Shown here: positions 37,265-48,000 of the stretch, piece by piece
Numbering within the stretch: the first letter of the stretch is position 1
Layout of the letters: each line of letters starts with the position of its first letter
IMG/VR virus record: IMGVR_UViG_3300021960_000017
Direction: 5' to 3' (one strand)
Length of the DNA stretch: 64,000 nucleotides
From: a virus
Taxonomy: Duplodnaviria; Caudoviricetes
The notes under the pieces: model-generated
Told to the model about the DNA's origin: nothing
Database searches by the model: none
Seen by the model: the letters and a program-made list of their open reading frames with translations, nothing else
Program-made: the position numbers and the translations under genes

Positions 37265-38028
37265 TGTACAAATTTTATACTAGTGAATACGAGGGCGAAA
37301 CAGTTTCGGATTCAGTTCACTGGCGTGACGGAAATAAAGATAGCAATGGTGTCTGGATTCCGAAAACTATTATTAATGAAGGGCACACCGATGTTGCTCA
37401 TGTTATAGGCAATGGTCCGAGTAGACTTAAACACAAACTTGAGTTTTTGCACGGCCAAGTAGGTGGTGAAGGTGGTCCACACAGTGTAGGCCAAAGTTAT
37501 GGTTGCAATCAGTTGTTCCAGGACTTTAATCCTACATTCTTATTTTGCGTAAATCCTGAAATATTACAGTGGATAGTGGATTCCAACTACTGTGAAGACA
37601 ATATTGTTTACACTACTAGAAAAAATCTAATTAAATTTCCAGGTAAATTTCATCTTTATCCTCACTATGAACCCTTGTTTATGGGTCCTGCCGCTCTAAG
37701 ACTAGCCTGTGCTGATGGTCATAAAAAGATTTTTATGATTGGCTGTGACTTTTATGCGCCAAATACCAAATCACATATCTATCCTGCAACTGCTCATTCC
37801 TATCTAGAAATGCAAGATACTACAAAATTAAGAGAAAAACTTATACGGCAGTTTATTAATGTTATGGAATTATATGATGATGTTGAATTTTATCATGTTA
37901 TATCTGAACAAGTGAACGACCCGCATCATTCAATAGAAGAGTTTAACTGGTTAGATAATGTTAAATGTGTTGGATCTTTGCAGTATATTAATATGGCTGG
38001 ACTAGGCGCCGTTCACCGCACCAAATAA
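37264..38028 (+). CDS. Second MptE/DUF115-like protein
   Basis: AHVIGNGPSR...SYGCNQLF...GPAALRLA...IFMIGCDF; paralogous pattern to 15842-16423. Confidence 0.55.
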   Translation: MYKFYTSEYEGETVSDSVHWRDGNKDSNGVWIPKTIINEGHTDVAHVIGNGPSRLKHKLEFLHGQVGGEGGPHSVGQSYGCNQLFQDFNPTFLFCVNPEILQWIVDSNYCEDNIVYTTRKNLIKFPGKFHLYPHYEPLFMGPAALRLACADGHKKIFMIGCDFYAPNTKSHIYPATAHSYLEMQDTTKLREKLIRQFINVMELYDDVEFYHVISEQVNDPHHSIEEFNWLDNVKCVGSLQYINMAGLGAVHRTK

Positions 38029-38451
38029 GTCAGTAATAGTTGCTATTTTTTTCTTTATTTCTTCTGCTTGAATTGTATTAAATACGCCAGGATGTAATGG
38101 TTTAGGCCATCCTTCTATAGTTGTCCAAGCATAACCCTTGTGTTCAGTATTAAGTACAGGAATAAATTCTTCATCTACTATACTAACAAATGTATGATAC
38201 TCGAAACCTTTTTTGTCATTAGTAAACTTTTCTATTGGAATAATTTTTATTGTAGGCCTTACATTACCAGTTTCTTCTAATGTCTCTCTTTTTAGAGCCT
38301 CAAGTATACTTTCTTTTGCCTCTACTTTACCACCTACAAACGCCCAGGTGTTTTCAAAAGTAGTTTCACTTCTTAATAAAAATAGAAATCTTTTTGTCGA
38401 TTTAGCAAAGAATACAGTGCCTACACTTTGCTTTAAATTACCAGTGTCCAT
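38002..38451 (-). CDS. NUDIX hydrolase
   Basis: Nudix box GKVEAKESILEALKRETLEETG (GX5EX7REUXEEXG). Confidence 0.9.
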   Translation of the reverse strand: MDTGNLKQSVGTVFFAKSTKRFLFLLRSETTFENTWAFVGGKVEAKESILEALKRETLEETGNVRPTIKIIPIEKFTNDKKGFEYHTFVSIVDEEFIPVLNTEHKGYAWTTIEGWPKPLHPGVFNTIQAEEIKKKIATITDLFGAVNGA

Positions 38452-39833
38452 TCTCCGGCCTTGTATTCACCTTCATAACTCTTAACCCAGGTATCACCAG
38501 TCCATTTGTACTGTATGCCTGTATTGGTATTTGTCATATAGTGTACACCCGTTTCAGTGCTGCTGTCAAATACTACATTCCAACGAATTCCGTCATATTG
38601 TATAATATCATTTGCTCCAGCAATAAAATCATTACCACTTGAATCTTTCCATGCATCTGCACCGTCTGTATTGCTAGTGTCACCTATACCTTTTAATATA
38701 AGATATCTTTGACCATTAGCAGCACTGGCTAAGCCAGCGCCTGGTCCTACTCTAAGCGGATTAATAATTTTTAACACAGGATTTAGATCATTTGTTGGTA
38801 TGGTATCAGCATCTACTGTAAACAATAACTTTGTATCGTCACTAGGGTGATGTGCAACTGTACCTATTATCTCGCCCGTACCAAAATCTATGCGTATTTG
38901 ACTTATGCCAGCCTGTAATTCACCATATTGATTGATTACAGATCGCCAAGTTATATCGTCTGCTCCAACCTTTGCTGGAGGATCGTCGAGTATACTTCCG
39001 TCTACTTTGTTTGTTACAGTTTCCTGTCTTTCTAAGATAGTAATTGTATTTCCTAATAACAGTATACCAAAGTTCATTGGTGTAAACTTCATTCTAGTAC
39101 CCAATAGTATGTCTCTGTCAATTACACCATCACTAATACTGCCTGATTCGTCGTATATACTAGCAATAATTTTTTGTACAACACCAAGTTTTTTAACTTT
39201 GGCTGGCGGTGAAAGCCATATAGGAACCCTAAATTGTAGTGTAGCAATATCAATTTGTTCATCCACGCCAACTGGTACTGCTCTACTTGACCAGGTAGTT
39301 TGCTCAAGTTCAATATAACTTAAACTTCCCCAATCCAAATAATTGTCTGTACTTTGTATTTCTAGTGCTGGATTAAACAATACTAGTATCTGTTCTAGTA
39401 ATTGTAACTTTTGGTTTGTATTACTTGTCCAGATATCTGTAGTCATTGTAAGGTTATAAGGGACAGGCATATGACGTTCTACACTAAATGCATTGCCTTG
39501 TTGTGTAGTATACTCGCCTGTATTTGTGTCATACTTACGCATTCTTATATGGCGTTTATCTATGAAAGTAGGTTCCTGTCTGCGATCTGCACTGTATTCC
39601 ATACCACTAACATAACAACTAATCATAGGACTTGGATTAATTTTATTTTCACTTCCATCTCTTATAAGGCTACTAACTATTCTAGTTGCGTCGCCATACC
39701 TAACTGGCACTGTTACTAGCGTAATATTTCCGTCACGGTCCTTGCCATATTCAACTTGGAAATTACTAAATGCTCTAATAAACTGTAGTAAGAAGCGTCT
39801 AATCTGCTGGTCATAAAAAAATTGCTGTGGCAT
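38433..39833 (-). CDS. gp15: Tail sheath stabilizer / tail completion protein
   Basis: FFYDQQIRRFLLQF..AFSNF, VPVRYG, MPVPYNL, QLLEQILVLFNP. Confidence 0.85.
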   Translation of the reverse strand: MPQQFFYDQQIRRFLLQFIRAFSNFQVEYGKDRDGNITLVTVPVRYGDATRIVSSLIRDGSENKINPSPMISCYVSGMEYSADRRQEPTFIDKRHIRMRKYDTNTGEYTTQQGNAFSVERHMPVPYNLTMTTDIWTSNTNQKLQLLEQILVLFNPALEIQSTDNYLDWGSLSYIELEQTTWSSRAVPVGVDEQIDIATLQFRVPIWLSPPAKVKKLGVVQKIIASIYDESGSISDGVIDRDILLGTRMKFTPMNFGILLLGNTITILERQETVTNKVDGSILDDPPAKVGADDITWRSVINQYGELQAGISQIRIDFGTGEIIGTVAHHPSDDTKLLFTVDADTIPTNDLNPVLKIINPLRVGPGAGLASAANGQRYLILKGIGDTSNTDGADAWKDSSGNDFIAGANDIIQYDGIRWNVVFDSSTETGVHYMTNTNTGIQYKWTGDTWVKSYEGEYKAGEWTLVI

Positions 39834-41020
39834 TAGTCGTCTTCCCTAGCACTAAGTATCTCACTTAATCCAACTCGTTGTGGTATAACAACATTGTCGT
39901 CTCTAGTTGTTGTTGCTGTATTATTGATAAATGTATCTATCTGACGCTGCCCAGTGCCTGGAGTTAATTGTGTTCTTACACTATCTTCTACTTTTACCCA
40001 GCGTCTACCATCAAATCTAAAAAGTCTATTAGGCAAGAAGTCCAATCTCAATACATAATCTCCTTCTACTGCGGTACTTGGGAAACTGGTACCCATTGTT
40101 ACACTCTCACCATTAGGAGCAATGCCATCACCAACCAAATATCCACTATATGCATTTGCATTTTTTGGACTAATTCTAGTGCTATCGGATGATACAAGAT
40201 TGCTGTCAGTAGTAATGCCAGTAACATCTGCTGTATATCCTTTAGGTTCAAGTGGTTTTCCAGTTTCGTCAGTGGGTACAACATAGTATCTACTAGTATC
40301 GTAACCGCTTTTGGGAACTTCCGCTTCTGCCTGTTCAACAACCTTATTTGTAATTTCAAGCTCTTTCTGATAAGTGCTTAATAAGTCACGAAGTGTTTTG
40401 TCTGTACTTTCGCCTGTGTTCTCATCAATCTGTATTTTGTTTAGTATGTCATTGTATTCTTGACTGTCTACTAGGGGACCACATTTTACACGCCAGAGAT
40501 GTGGCCACCAAGTTGGTGAATATCCTTCTGTAGGTCTTGTACCTTCCTGAACAACATAATACCTTTTTAGTGCTACTTCTAAACTAGTATCTAGACTATT
40601 ATAGTCCTTGAGGTGTGGTAATTCCAACACATCACCTGCCATTAGCCTGCGTCCTAGAATACGATCCATATCCTGCAGATGGAATGTTATAAACAGTGTG
40701 TCATTCTGCAAAAACAAACCAAACTGACTCAAATCAAAGTCTGTATCTGCTACATTGTATATGCCTCTTAGGCTATAAATGTCTTGCTCATATTTGCGAT
40801 CTCTGTTTTCTAAAAACAACAAATCCTGTATAGCAAGCGGATCGTTTTCAGTCACACTGGGTTGTGTGGCATCTTTTGTGTTACCTTGATCTAAAATACC
40901 AAGATATTTGTGTACATGAATTCCTGTGCCGCCTACAGTAAACATCTCTCTAATGTTGCGATCAAAGAATTTGAAATCTGAGGTGTGTGCACCCTCTTTC
41001 CACATGCTTATACGAGGCAT
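39833..41020 (-). CDS. gp14: Neck / head-closure protein
   Basis: DLLFLENRDRKY, DLSQFGLF, GDVLELPHL; adjacent to gp15; late promoter on the minus strand at 41042-41047. Confidence 0.8.
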   Translation of the reverse strand: MPRISMWKEGAHTSDFKFFDRNIREMFTVGGTGIHVHKYLGILDQGNTKDATQPSVTENDPLAIQDLLFLENRDRKYEQDIYSLRGIYNVADTDFDLSQFGLFLQNDTLFITFHLQDMDRILGRRLMAGDVLELPHLKDYNSLDTSLEVALKRYYVVQEGTRPTEGYSPTWWPHLWRVKCGPLVDSQEYNDILNKIQIDENTGESTDKTLRDLLSTYQKELEITNKVVEQAEAEVPKSGYDTSRYYVVPTDETGKPLEPKGYTADVTGITTDSNLVSSDSTRISPKNANAYSGYLVGDGIAPNGESVTMGTSFPSTAVEGDYVLRLDFLPNRLFRFDGRRWVKVEDSVRTQLTPGTGQRQIDTFINNTATTTRDDNVVIPQRVGLSEILSAREDD

Positions 41021-41058
41021 AGAAAACTCCTACAGTTATAGTATTTAGTTGTTTTTCT

Positions 41059-41100
41059 GGTTGACTGTCTGGGTATCTGTGTTATTATAGATATAGTTAA
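41059..41100 (+). promoter_or_regulatory. Early promoter copy 1
   Basis: GGTTGACT-N-TGTGTTATTATAGATATAGTTAA. Confidence 0.7.
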
Positions 41101-41117
41101 AGAAAACAGAGAGAGCA

Positions 41118-41315
41118 ATGACAATGACATACGAAGATGGTGTAATTGCTGCTACAACAGAAATTGCAAAATATGGTGTAGACTTGGAATTGCTCAACGA
41201 TTATGTTGCTAACCCAGAGCACTTCTTCCATAAGATTCCAGGCACTATTGTTGGTGACTTCCCCAACTTTACCAAAGGTTACATGGAAACAATGCTCAAA
41301 GCAAAGTCTGCGTAA
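41118..41315 (+). CDS. Hypothetical early protein (65 aa)
   Basis: Directly downstream of an early promoter; GAGAG SD. Confidence 0.6.
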   Translation: MTMTYEDGVIAATTEIAKYGVDLELLNDYVANPEHFFHKIPGTIVGDFPNFTKGYMETMLKAKSA

Positions 41316-41506
41316 TGGCTCATTCTAGCGAAATAGTGAATACAAAAGGACACCCATTTGTGGGTGTGCAATGGCCTGTAATAGGCAGCAAGGGTGATGT
41401 CTACACTGTCATAATGTTTGATGGTGGATTTCATTGCAACTGTGTTGCACGGACCAAATGCAAACACATTAAGAGTGTAGAAGCGAGGTTTGAAGATGGG
41501 CGGTGA
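41315..41506 (+). CDS. SWIM-type Zn-finger protein
   Basis: SKGDVYTV...FHCNC...CKHIK; TAATG coupling. Confidence 0.65.
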   Translation: MAHSSEIVNTKGHPFVGVQWPVIGSKGDVYTVIMFDGGFHCNCVARTKCKHIKSVEARFEDGR

Positions 41507-41660
41507 TTTTAGTTTAGCCTGGGATGCTATACAAATACTGGCTGTTATTGGTGTTAGCATAGGTGTTGTTTTAGCAGTTATAGGTGGTGCATTTAGATTG
41601 GGTTGGAAATATGCCCCATATGTATGCGCTGTTGCATTATTAATTTGGTTCTTTGCATAA
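41496..41660 (+). CDS. Small membrane protein (54 aa; not in ORF track)
   Basis: MGGDFSLAWDAIQILAVIGVSIGVVLAVIGGAFRLGWKYAPYVCAVALLIWFFA, two hydrophobic segments; GAGG SD. Confidence 0.6.
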   Translation: MGGDFSLAWDAIQILAVIGVSIGVVLAVIGGAFRLGWKYAPYVCAVALLIWFFA

Positions 41661-41662
41661 TC

Positions 41663-41703
41663 GGTTGACAATCTGTATATTTGTGTTATCTTATGTATAG
41701 TTA
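41663..41703 (+). promoter_or_regulatory. Early promoter copy 2
   Basis: GGTTGACA-N-TGTGTTATCTTATGTATAGTTAA; aligns column for column with copy 1. Confidence 0.7.
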
Positions 41704-41721
41704 AACAACAAGGACCAAGCG

Positions 41722-41952
41722 ATGATTTACTCCATATTAGAAAGCAAAATGCGTAACGCCATCGAGCTCGAAGAAAACCGCAATGCTGATGGTAGCATTA
41801 ACTGGAACTTCGTAGATGCTGATTGCTACACGGACCTCATTGATTTCTTTAGAAGCACTACAGATTTCTATGAAGCTTTCAATGACATCGCAGACATAAT
41901 TGAAGCAGAGTTCCCAGTTGATACAGCAGTTCAATTAGAATTTGCTGTATAG
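41722..41952 (+). CDS. Hypothetical early protein (76 aa)
   Basis: AAGGA SD downstream of an early promoter. Confidence 0.6.
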   Translation: MIYSILESKMRNAIELEENRNADGSINWNFVDADCYTDLIDFFRSTTDFYEAFNDIADIIEAEFPVDTAVQLEFAV

Positions 41953-41963
41953 GAGGGTAAATA

Positions 41964-42137
41964 ATGTCAAATGTATTTGACACCCAGCCAGGAAAATTGT
42001 TATCCTTGTCACAATTCCAGCGTGAATGGGTTGAGACTGTTGCAAATGAGTCTATAGATAACTTAGACACTGCTGATGTAATTAGCCTAGTTAAAGGCAT
42101 GGAGGAATACTATGGCGCTAGCAACAAAGAAGCGTAA
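41964..42137 (+). CDS. Hypothetical protein (57 aa; not in ORF track)
   Basis: Strong SD AGGAGG; MSNVFDTQPGKLLSLSQFQREWV...GASNKEA. Confidence 0.6.
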   Translation: MSNVFDTQPGKLLSLSQFQREWVETVANESIDNLDTADVISLVKGMEEYYGASNKEA

Positions 42138-43254
42138 AAAGACCACTGCTCCTAGGAGGGTTAAAAGTGGGTTTGCTGCCATTGATACAGCACGAGGTTT
42201 CCGTAAGTTTCAACAAATTGCTCACATATATGTTGATAACAAAGAATATGCTCCAATTATAAAAACTTATATTAGAAAAAAGTTTGATAAGAAAACAGCA
42301 CAATCTATTCTTAGCAATCCTGATTACAAATTTGTAAGCAGTAATATTGCTTCTTATTGTTATTACTCTCAACTTGAAAATGTTGATCCAGTGCCAGAAG
42401 AAACAGTGGATTGGATCAATACTAGGTTTGCTAATCTGGTTGAATCAGGTAAGAATGTTGTTGTAGAAAAAGTAAAAGTAGAAAAGGTTAAGGCTCAAGT
42501 TTACAAGCCAAGTATTCAGGAACGCATGGCAGAACAATTAGAAAATATTATTGCTGAAATAGAATCCTGGGTGGACGAACAACCCTCGAGTACCGTTCCT
42601 AAACTATTTGATTACCTAAAGAGCAATAATGTTGCTCAAGCACACATAAACAAAATTCGCAGTTTTTATGAGCCCGTAGCAGCAGAGTATCAGGCCTTAA
42701 CGGAAAAAGACTGTCCAGAGGATCTTAAAGAAGGATACTCACACTATAGCAAAGCAGAAATTAAACAGATAATAAAGTTTTATGAAAGTCTGTTTAGTGA
42801 CTTAGACGCTTATGCTAATCTTAAAAGGGTTTCAAGAGCCACTCGTAAGCCAAGGCTCAAGAGTGCAGACAAACAAGTAGCAAAACTTAAACTTAAAAAG
42901 GACGATGCACGATATAAGATCGTTAGCCTGGATCCCATACAAATTATAGGTGCAAGTGAGCTTTGGATTTTTAATGTAAAAACTCGTAAGTTAGGCAAGT
43001 ATGTAGCACAAAACATTGACCCTACTGGTCTTGCTAGAGAAGGCAGCGGGTTTAGTGTTAAAGGGACTACACTCGTCGGCTTTAATGAAGAGGAGAGTGT
43101 ACAAAAGACACTACGCAAACCTGAAGAACAACTCAAAGAGTTTATGGGTAGCGGTAAAGTAGCATTAAGAAAGTTCTTAGAAAATATCAAGGCTACTGAA
43201 ACTAAAATGAATGGTAGGTTTAACGAACATACAGTACTGCTAAAGGTTTCCTAA
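42112..43254 (+). CDS. Conserved hypothetical basic protein (380 aa)
   Basis: GGAGG SD; long intact ORF rich in Lys/Arg. Confidence 0.7.
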   Translation: MALATKKRKKTTAPRRVKSGFAAIDTARGFRKFQQIAHIYVDNKEYAPIIKTYIRKKFDKKTAQSILSNPDYKFVSSNIASYCYYSQLENVDPVPEETVDWINTRFANLVESGKNVVVEKVKVEKVKAQVYKPSIQERMAEQLENIIAEIESWVDEQPSSTVPKLFDYLKSNNVAQAHINKIRSFYEPVAAEYQALTEKDCPEDLKEGYSHYSKAEIKQIIKFYESLFSDLDAYANLKRVSRATRKPRLKSADKQVAKLKLKKDDARYKIVSLDPIQIIGASELWIFNVKTRKLGKYVAQNIDPTGLAREGSGFSVKGTTLVGFNEEESVQKTLRKPEEQLKEFMGSGKVALRKFLENIKATETKMNGRFNEHTVLLKVS

Positions 43255-43278
43255 TAAATACATGATAAGGAAACTCGT

Positions 43279-44037
43279 ATGGCAACAGACTTAACTACTC
43301 TACGCAAAGACATTCAAGACTACATTTACCTACGCTTAGGTGGCGATATGGTTGATGTAGAACTGGATCCTGCACACTATAATATGTGCATAAACAAGGC
43401 AGTTGAGCGTTATCGTCAAAGAGCAATGGCGAGTACTGAAAGTAGTTATGTATTTTTAGGTCTAGTAGAAGATCAGCAAGAGTATGTACTACCAGATGAA
43501 ATACAAGAGGTTAGACAAGTTTTCCGCCGTAGTGTAGGCAGTGGAACAAGCGATACTGGTACACAGTTTGAACCTTTTGAAGCAGCCTTCGTTAACACCT
43601 ATCTGTTACAAGCAGGACGTGTTGGCGGCCAAGCAACCTACGAAATGTACTACCAGTACCAGGAACTTAGTGCAAGATTGTTTGGTGGGTTTGTTAATTT
43701 TGACTGGAACCACGTAACAAAAACTCTTACACTTTTGCGTAAATTCAATGCAAGTGGCGAGCAAGTCGTGCTTTGGGTTTATAATACAAGACCAGAACAG
43801 AGACTACTGCAAGACAGTTATGTAAAGCCCTGGATTAAAGATTATAGCCTTGCAATGGCCAAGTATACACTAGGTGAAGCTCGTAGTAAGTTTAGCACTA
43901 TTGCTGGTCCACAAGGTGGTACAAGCCTAAATGGTGACACACTTAAAGCAGAAGCCCAGGGCGAAATGCAGGTGTTAGAAGAAGAACTAAAGAACTTCGT
44001 AGACGGTTCAGATCCACTATCATTTATTATTGGCTAA
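43279..44037 (+). CDS. gp13: Neck protein
   Basis: YIYLRLGGDMVDVELD, WIKDYSLAMAKYTLG...KF...GGTSLNG; late promoter at 43255. Confidence 0.85.
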   Translation: MATDLTTLRKDIQDYIYLRLGGDMVDVELDPAHYNMCINKAVERYRQRAMASTESSYVFLGLVEDQQEYVLPDEIQEVRQVFRRSVGSGTSDTGTQFEPFEAAFVNTYLLQAGRVGGQATYEMYYQYQELSARLFGGFVNFDWNHVTKTLTLLRKFNASGEQVVLWVYNTRPEQRLLQDSYVKPWIKDYSLAMAKYTLGEARSKFSTIAGPQGGTSLNGDTLKAEAQGEMQVLEEELKNFVDGSDPLSFIIG

Positions 44038-44064
44038 TACACACAAACTTGTTATAATATAGAC

Positions 44065-44685
44065 ATGATTATAGGACTTGTAGGACTTATTAGTTCAGGA
44101 AAAGGCACTGTAGGCGATATGCTTATAGAGCGTGGATTTGTGCAGGCTAGTTTTGCATCGCCGCTAAAAGATGCAGCCGCAAGTATTTTTAATTGGGATA
44201 GAGAACTACTAGAAGGAGCAACTTCAGAAAGTAGAGTGTGGCGTGAAGTTGTAGATCCATGGTGGTCTGAACGATTAAATATTCCAGATTTTAGTCCTCG
44301 TTTAGCACTACAACTTTTGGGCACAGAAGTATTTCGCAATCATTTCCATCAGGACACCTGGATACTCAGTATGGAAGCCAGGTTACGTGATGCAAAGCAT
44401 GATGTTGTAATCACAGATGCACGGTTTCCTAATGAAATAAACATGATTCGTAGACAGGGCGGTGTAGTTGTACGAGTGAAACGAGGCGTTGACCCAGAAT
44501 GGTTTAGGTTAGCAGAGCGTGATCCTGCTAGTATGCCCCAAGTTTATCCAGAAGTACATGCCAGTGAGTATAGTTGGTGCAGTATTACACCCAACTATCT
44601 TATTACTAATGATAGTACACTAGAAGACTTACAAGAAACAGTTACAGATCTTCTTCAAGATCTCCTTGCGTCCAACCAGTCCTAG
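44065..44685 (+). CDS. gp1: Deoxynucleoside monophosphate kinase
   Basis: MIIGLVGLISSGKGTV P-loop, SFASPLKD, PRLALQLLGTE, VVITDARF.NE, HASE. Confidence 0.9.
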   Translation: MIIGLVGLISSGKGTVGDMLIERGFVQASFASPLKDAAASIFNWDRELLEGATSESRVWREVVDPWWSERLNIPDFSPRLALQLLGTEVFRNHFHQDTWILSMEARLRDAKHDVVITDARFPNEINMIRRQGGVVVRVKRGVDPEWFRLAERDPASMPQVYPEVHASEYSWCSITPNYLITNDSTLEDLQETVTDLLQDLLASNQS

Positions 44686-44983
44686 ATAGTTCATAATTAC
44701 AATTAAGACAAACAGTGCGTAAATTTTTTACATTTATGTGCTGTTGATTTCTGTCTATGCTGTAAACAGTTAGTTGCTCCGACATTATAGGCTTAAACCC
44801 ACACTTCTCACAAGTAGTCTTCTTTTTATAACCTGCTAGTTGCCATCTAGACTGTGTATGTAATTTTTTCTTTGCTGCAATTTTGTGACAACTTTCACAT
44901 AATTTCCTATAGTAAACTTTTCCCTTTAGGTGATAATTTACTGCTCTAGGATTGATTTTGCAGTTATTACATACAGGCCTCAT
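44642..44983 (-). CDS. Degenerate HNH-like Zn-binding protein
   Basis: CNNC, CESC, CEKC and NLRTVCLNC; the expected HNH histidines are absent. Confidence 0.55.
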   Translation of the reverse strand: MRPVCNNCKINPRAVNYHLKGKVYYRKLCESCHKIAAKKKLHTQSRWQLAGYKKKTTCEKCGFKPIMSEQLTVYSIDRNQQHINVKNLRTVCLNCNYELSRTGWTQGDLEEDL

Positions 44984-45084
44984 ATGCTATTTATTAATGA
45001 ACCTTTAAAGGGATGTCCTAATACCAGTGTTTCTACTGCATTATAATAAATACTATAAAGAAATTCTTTGCAAAGGAATAAAAC

Positions 45085-48000
45085 ATGGCATTAGTATCTC
45101 CAGGCGTAGAGGTTACAGTAATTGACGAAAGCAACTATGTTGCTAACGAGGCCGGCACAGTTGCCGCAATTATAGTAGCTACAGCACAGGACAAAACAGC
45201 AGGCAGTGGTAGTGGTACTGCCGCTGGAACAACAGCCGCTAACGCAGGCAAAACATACTTAATTAGTAGTCAAAGAGATTTGGTTACTACATTCGGTAAT
45301 CCATTATTTTACAAAAGCGCAGCAGGCACACCAATTCATGGTTATGAAATTAACGAGTACGGCCTTATGGCTGCATATAGTTTACTTGGTGTAAGCAATA
45401 GAGCTTATGTAACAAGAGCAAACATTGACCTAGCTCAACTTTCAAATTCAACAAGTAGACCACTAGGAACTCCAAGCAGCAATACAATTTGGTTAGACAC
45501 TGGCGCTGACACACGCTGGGGTATTTTTGAATGGAGCAAAACAGCAGGAACATTTACTAATAAAGTTCCTACAGTAATCACAAGCACAAGTGATTTGACA
45601 GGCGGCGTTCCAAAGACAAGTATTGGTGCTGTCGGAGATTATGCTATTGTCGCAACTAATGCAAGCAATCCAGGCTACTACAAAAACCGTAGTAATTCAT
45701 GGGTTTTAATTGGTAGTGCAAGTTGGCAAAATTCACATGCAACTATTGCAGGTACAGCGGCTAGCCCAACATTAACAAATGGTAACAGCATTAGTATTAA
45801 CGGCACAACAGTTACTCTTACAGGCACAACAGTTACACAATTAGCAGCAGATATAAATACACAGGCAATTACAGGTGTTACAGCTGGTGTACAAAGCAAC
45901 AAGATAGAAATTTATGCTACAAGCAGTGCAGCAAGTGATGGTTCCACAACAGATGGTAAGATACTTCTTGCTAATGGTTCTGGTACTATCCTAACTGATA
46001 CTGGTATGACTGCTGGTACATATGCATGTCCACTTGTTCAACAAAGTCAACATTATAGTGTTCCTGAATGGAAGACTACAGATAGTGTACCACGTCCAAA
46101 TGGTAGTGTTTGGGTTAAGACAACAGCAACAAATACAGGCGCATCTTTTGATGTAAGTGTTTATAGTACTACAACATCAGCATTTGTATCTCAAAGTGTT
46201 TCACTTTATGAAAACGATCGTACAGCTAATAAAAACTTAGATTCTACAGGCGGCAAGGCTATTGCAGTTGGTGCATTTTATGTTCAGTACGATGTTACTG
46301 AAAATGACACAGTAACATATAAACTTTTCCGTAGATATGCAACTGGTCAACTAGAGGTTACTGGTAATATTAATACAGCAAACCCATTAACATCAAGTGA
46401 ATCATTTACAATTCAGGCAAGTGCAGCCAACAGTACAGCATTAACTAGCGCAGTAACAGTTACACTTAGCGGTACTGCATTAGCAGATATGGCAAGTGAC
46501 ATTAACGGCGCAAATGTTGCTAATGTTAGTGCGGAAGTTACAAGTGATGGTTACTTAAAAATTAAACATGCCCTTGGTGGTGTAATTGTTCTTAAAGACA
46601 CAAGTGGTACCCCATTAGTAGATGCAGGCATTGTAACCGGCATCACAACAGGCCAAGTAAGAGCAGGCAATAGTAGTAACATTATCCTAAGTAACTGGGT
46701 TGCTCCAACACACACTGCAAACTCAACTCAGCCAAGCAGTGATCCAGCAGACAACAGATACTGGTACCATGGTGGCACAGAGGCTGACATCCTTATCAGT
46801 GACGGTAGTAACTGGAAAGGTTATCAAAACGTAACCAATGATGCACGTGGCTTTAATCTAGCTAATACAAGTCCAGATGGTGTAATTTTTAGCGCATCTG
46901 AACCTACTACACAGAGCGATGAAACTGCTCTAGTAGTTGGTGATTTGTGGCTTGACACTAGTGATTTAGAAAACTATCCAAAACTTTATCGTTACCAAAC
47001 AGTAAGCGGTGAAAATCGTTGGGTATTAATAGATAATACAGATCAAACAACAGAAAATGGTATACTATTTGCTGACGCTCGCTTTATGGGCGACACATCA
47101 ACTGATGTTGTAACAGGTACTATTCCAACAACAAAGAGTTTGCTAACAAGCAATACTGTTGATATTGATGCACCAGACGCAACATTATATCCAAGAGGTA
47201 TGCTACTTTTCAACACACGCAGAAGCAGTTACAATGTTAAGCAGTTCCGCAAAAATTACTTTAGTAGAACGAACTTTAGCGATACAACACTTTACCCAAC
47301 ACTTCCAACAGAAAAGGATGCATGGGTAACAGCAAGCGGTAACCGCAACGACGGTAGTGCATATATGGGCCGCAAAGCAGTTCGCCAAGTTGTAACAGCA
47401 GCAATGAAAGCAGCTATTGACGGTAGTGAAGAGCTTAGAGAAGACTCAAGAAACTTCAACATTATTGCAGCACCAGGTTATCCAGAGCTCATTAGCAACA
47501 TGGTAAGCCTAAACAATGACAGACGCAATACAGCATTTGTTGTTGCTGATACAAGCATGAGATTGGCTGCTACAGGCACCGCAATACAAAACTGGGCAAG
47601 TAATGCTGGTAATGCAGGCGGAGATGGAGAAGACGGCTTAGTAACTGCTGATCCATATCTTGGTGTATTTTATCCAGCAGGCCAAACAAATGACCTAAGT
47701 GGTAATACTATTACAGTTCCAGCAAGTCACATGATGCTAAGAGCTATTAGCAGAAGTGATGATCAGAGCTTCCCATGGTTAGCACCAGCTGGTAGCAGAC
47801 GTGGCCTTGTAGACAATGTAAGCAGTATTGGTTACATTAATAGTGCAACAGGCGAGTTTGTAGTTGATAACATTAGAGAAAGTTTGCGTGATACACTTTA
47901 TAGCAATAAAGTTAACCCAATTACTTTCTTTAACGGAACAGGAATCCTAAACTACGGCAACAAGACTAGAGCAACTACAGCAAGTGCACTAGACCGCATT

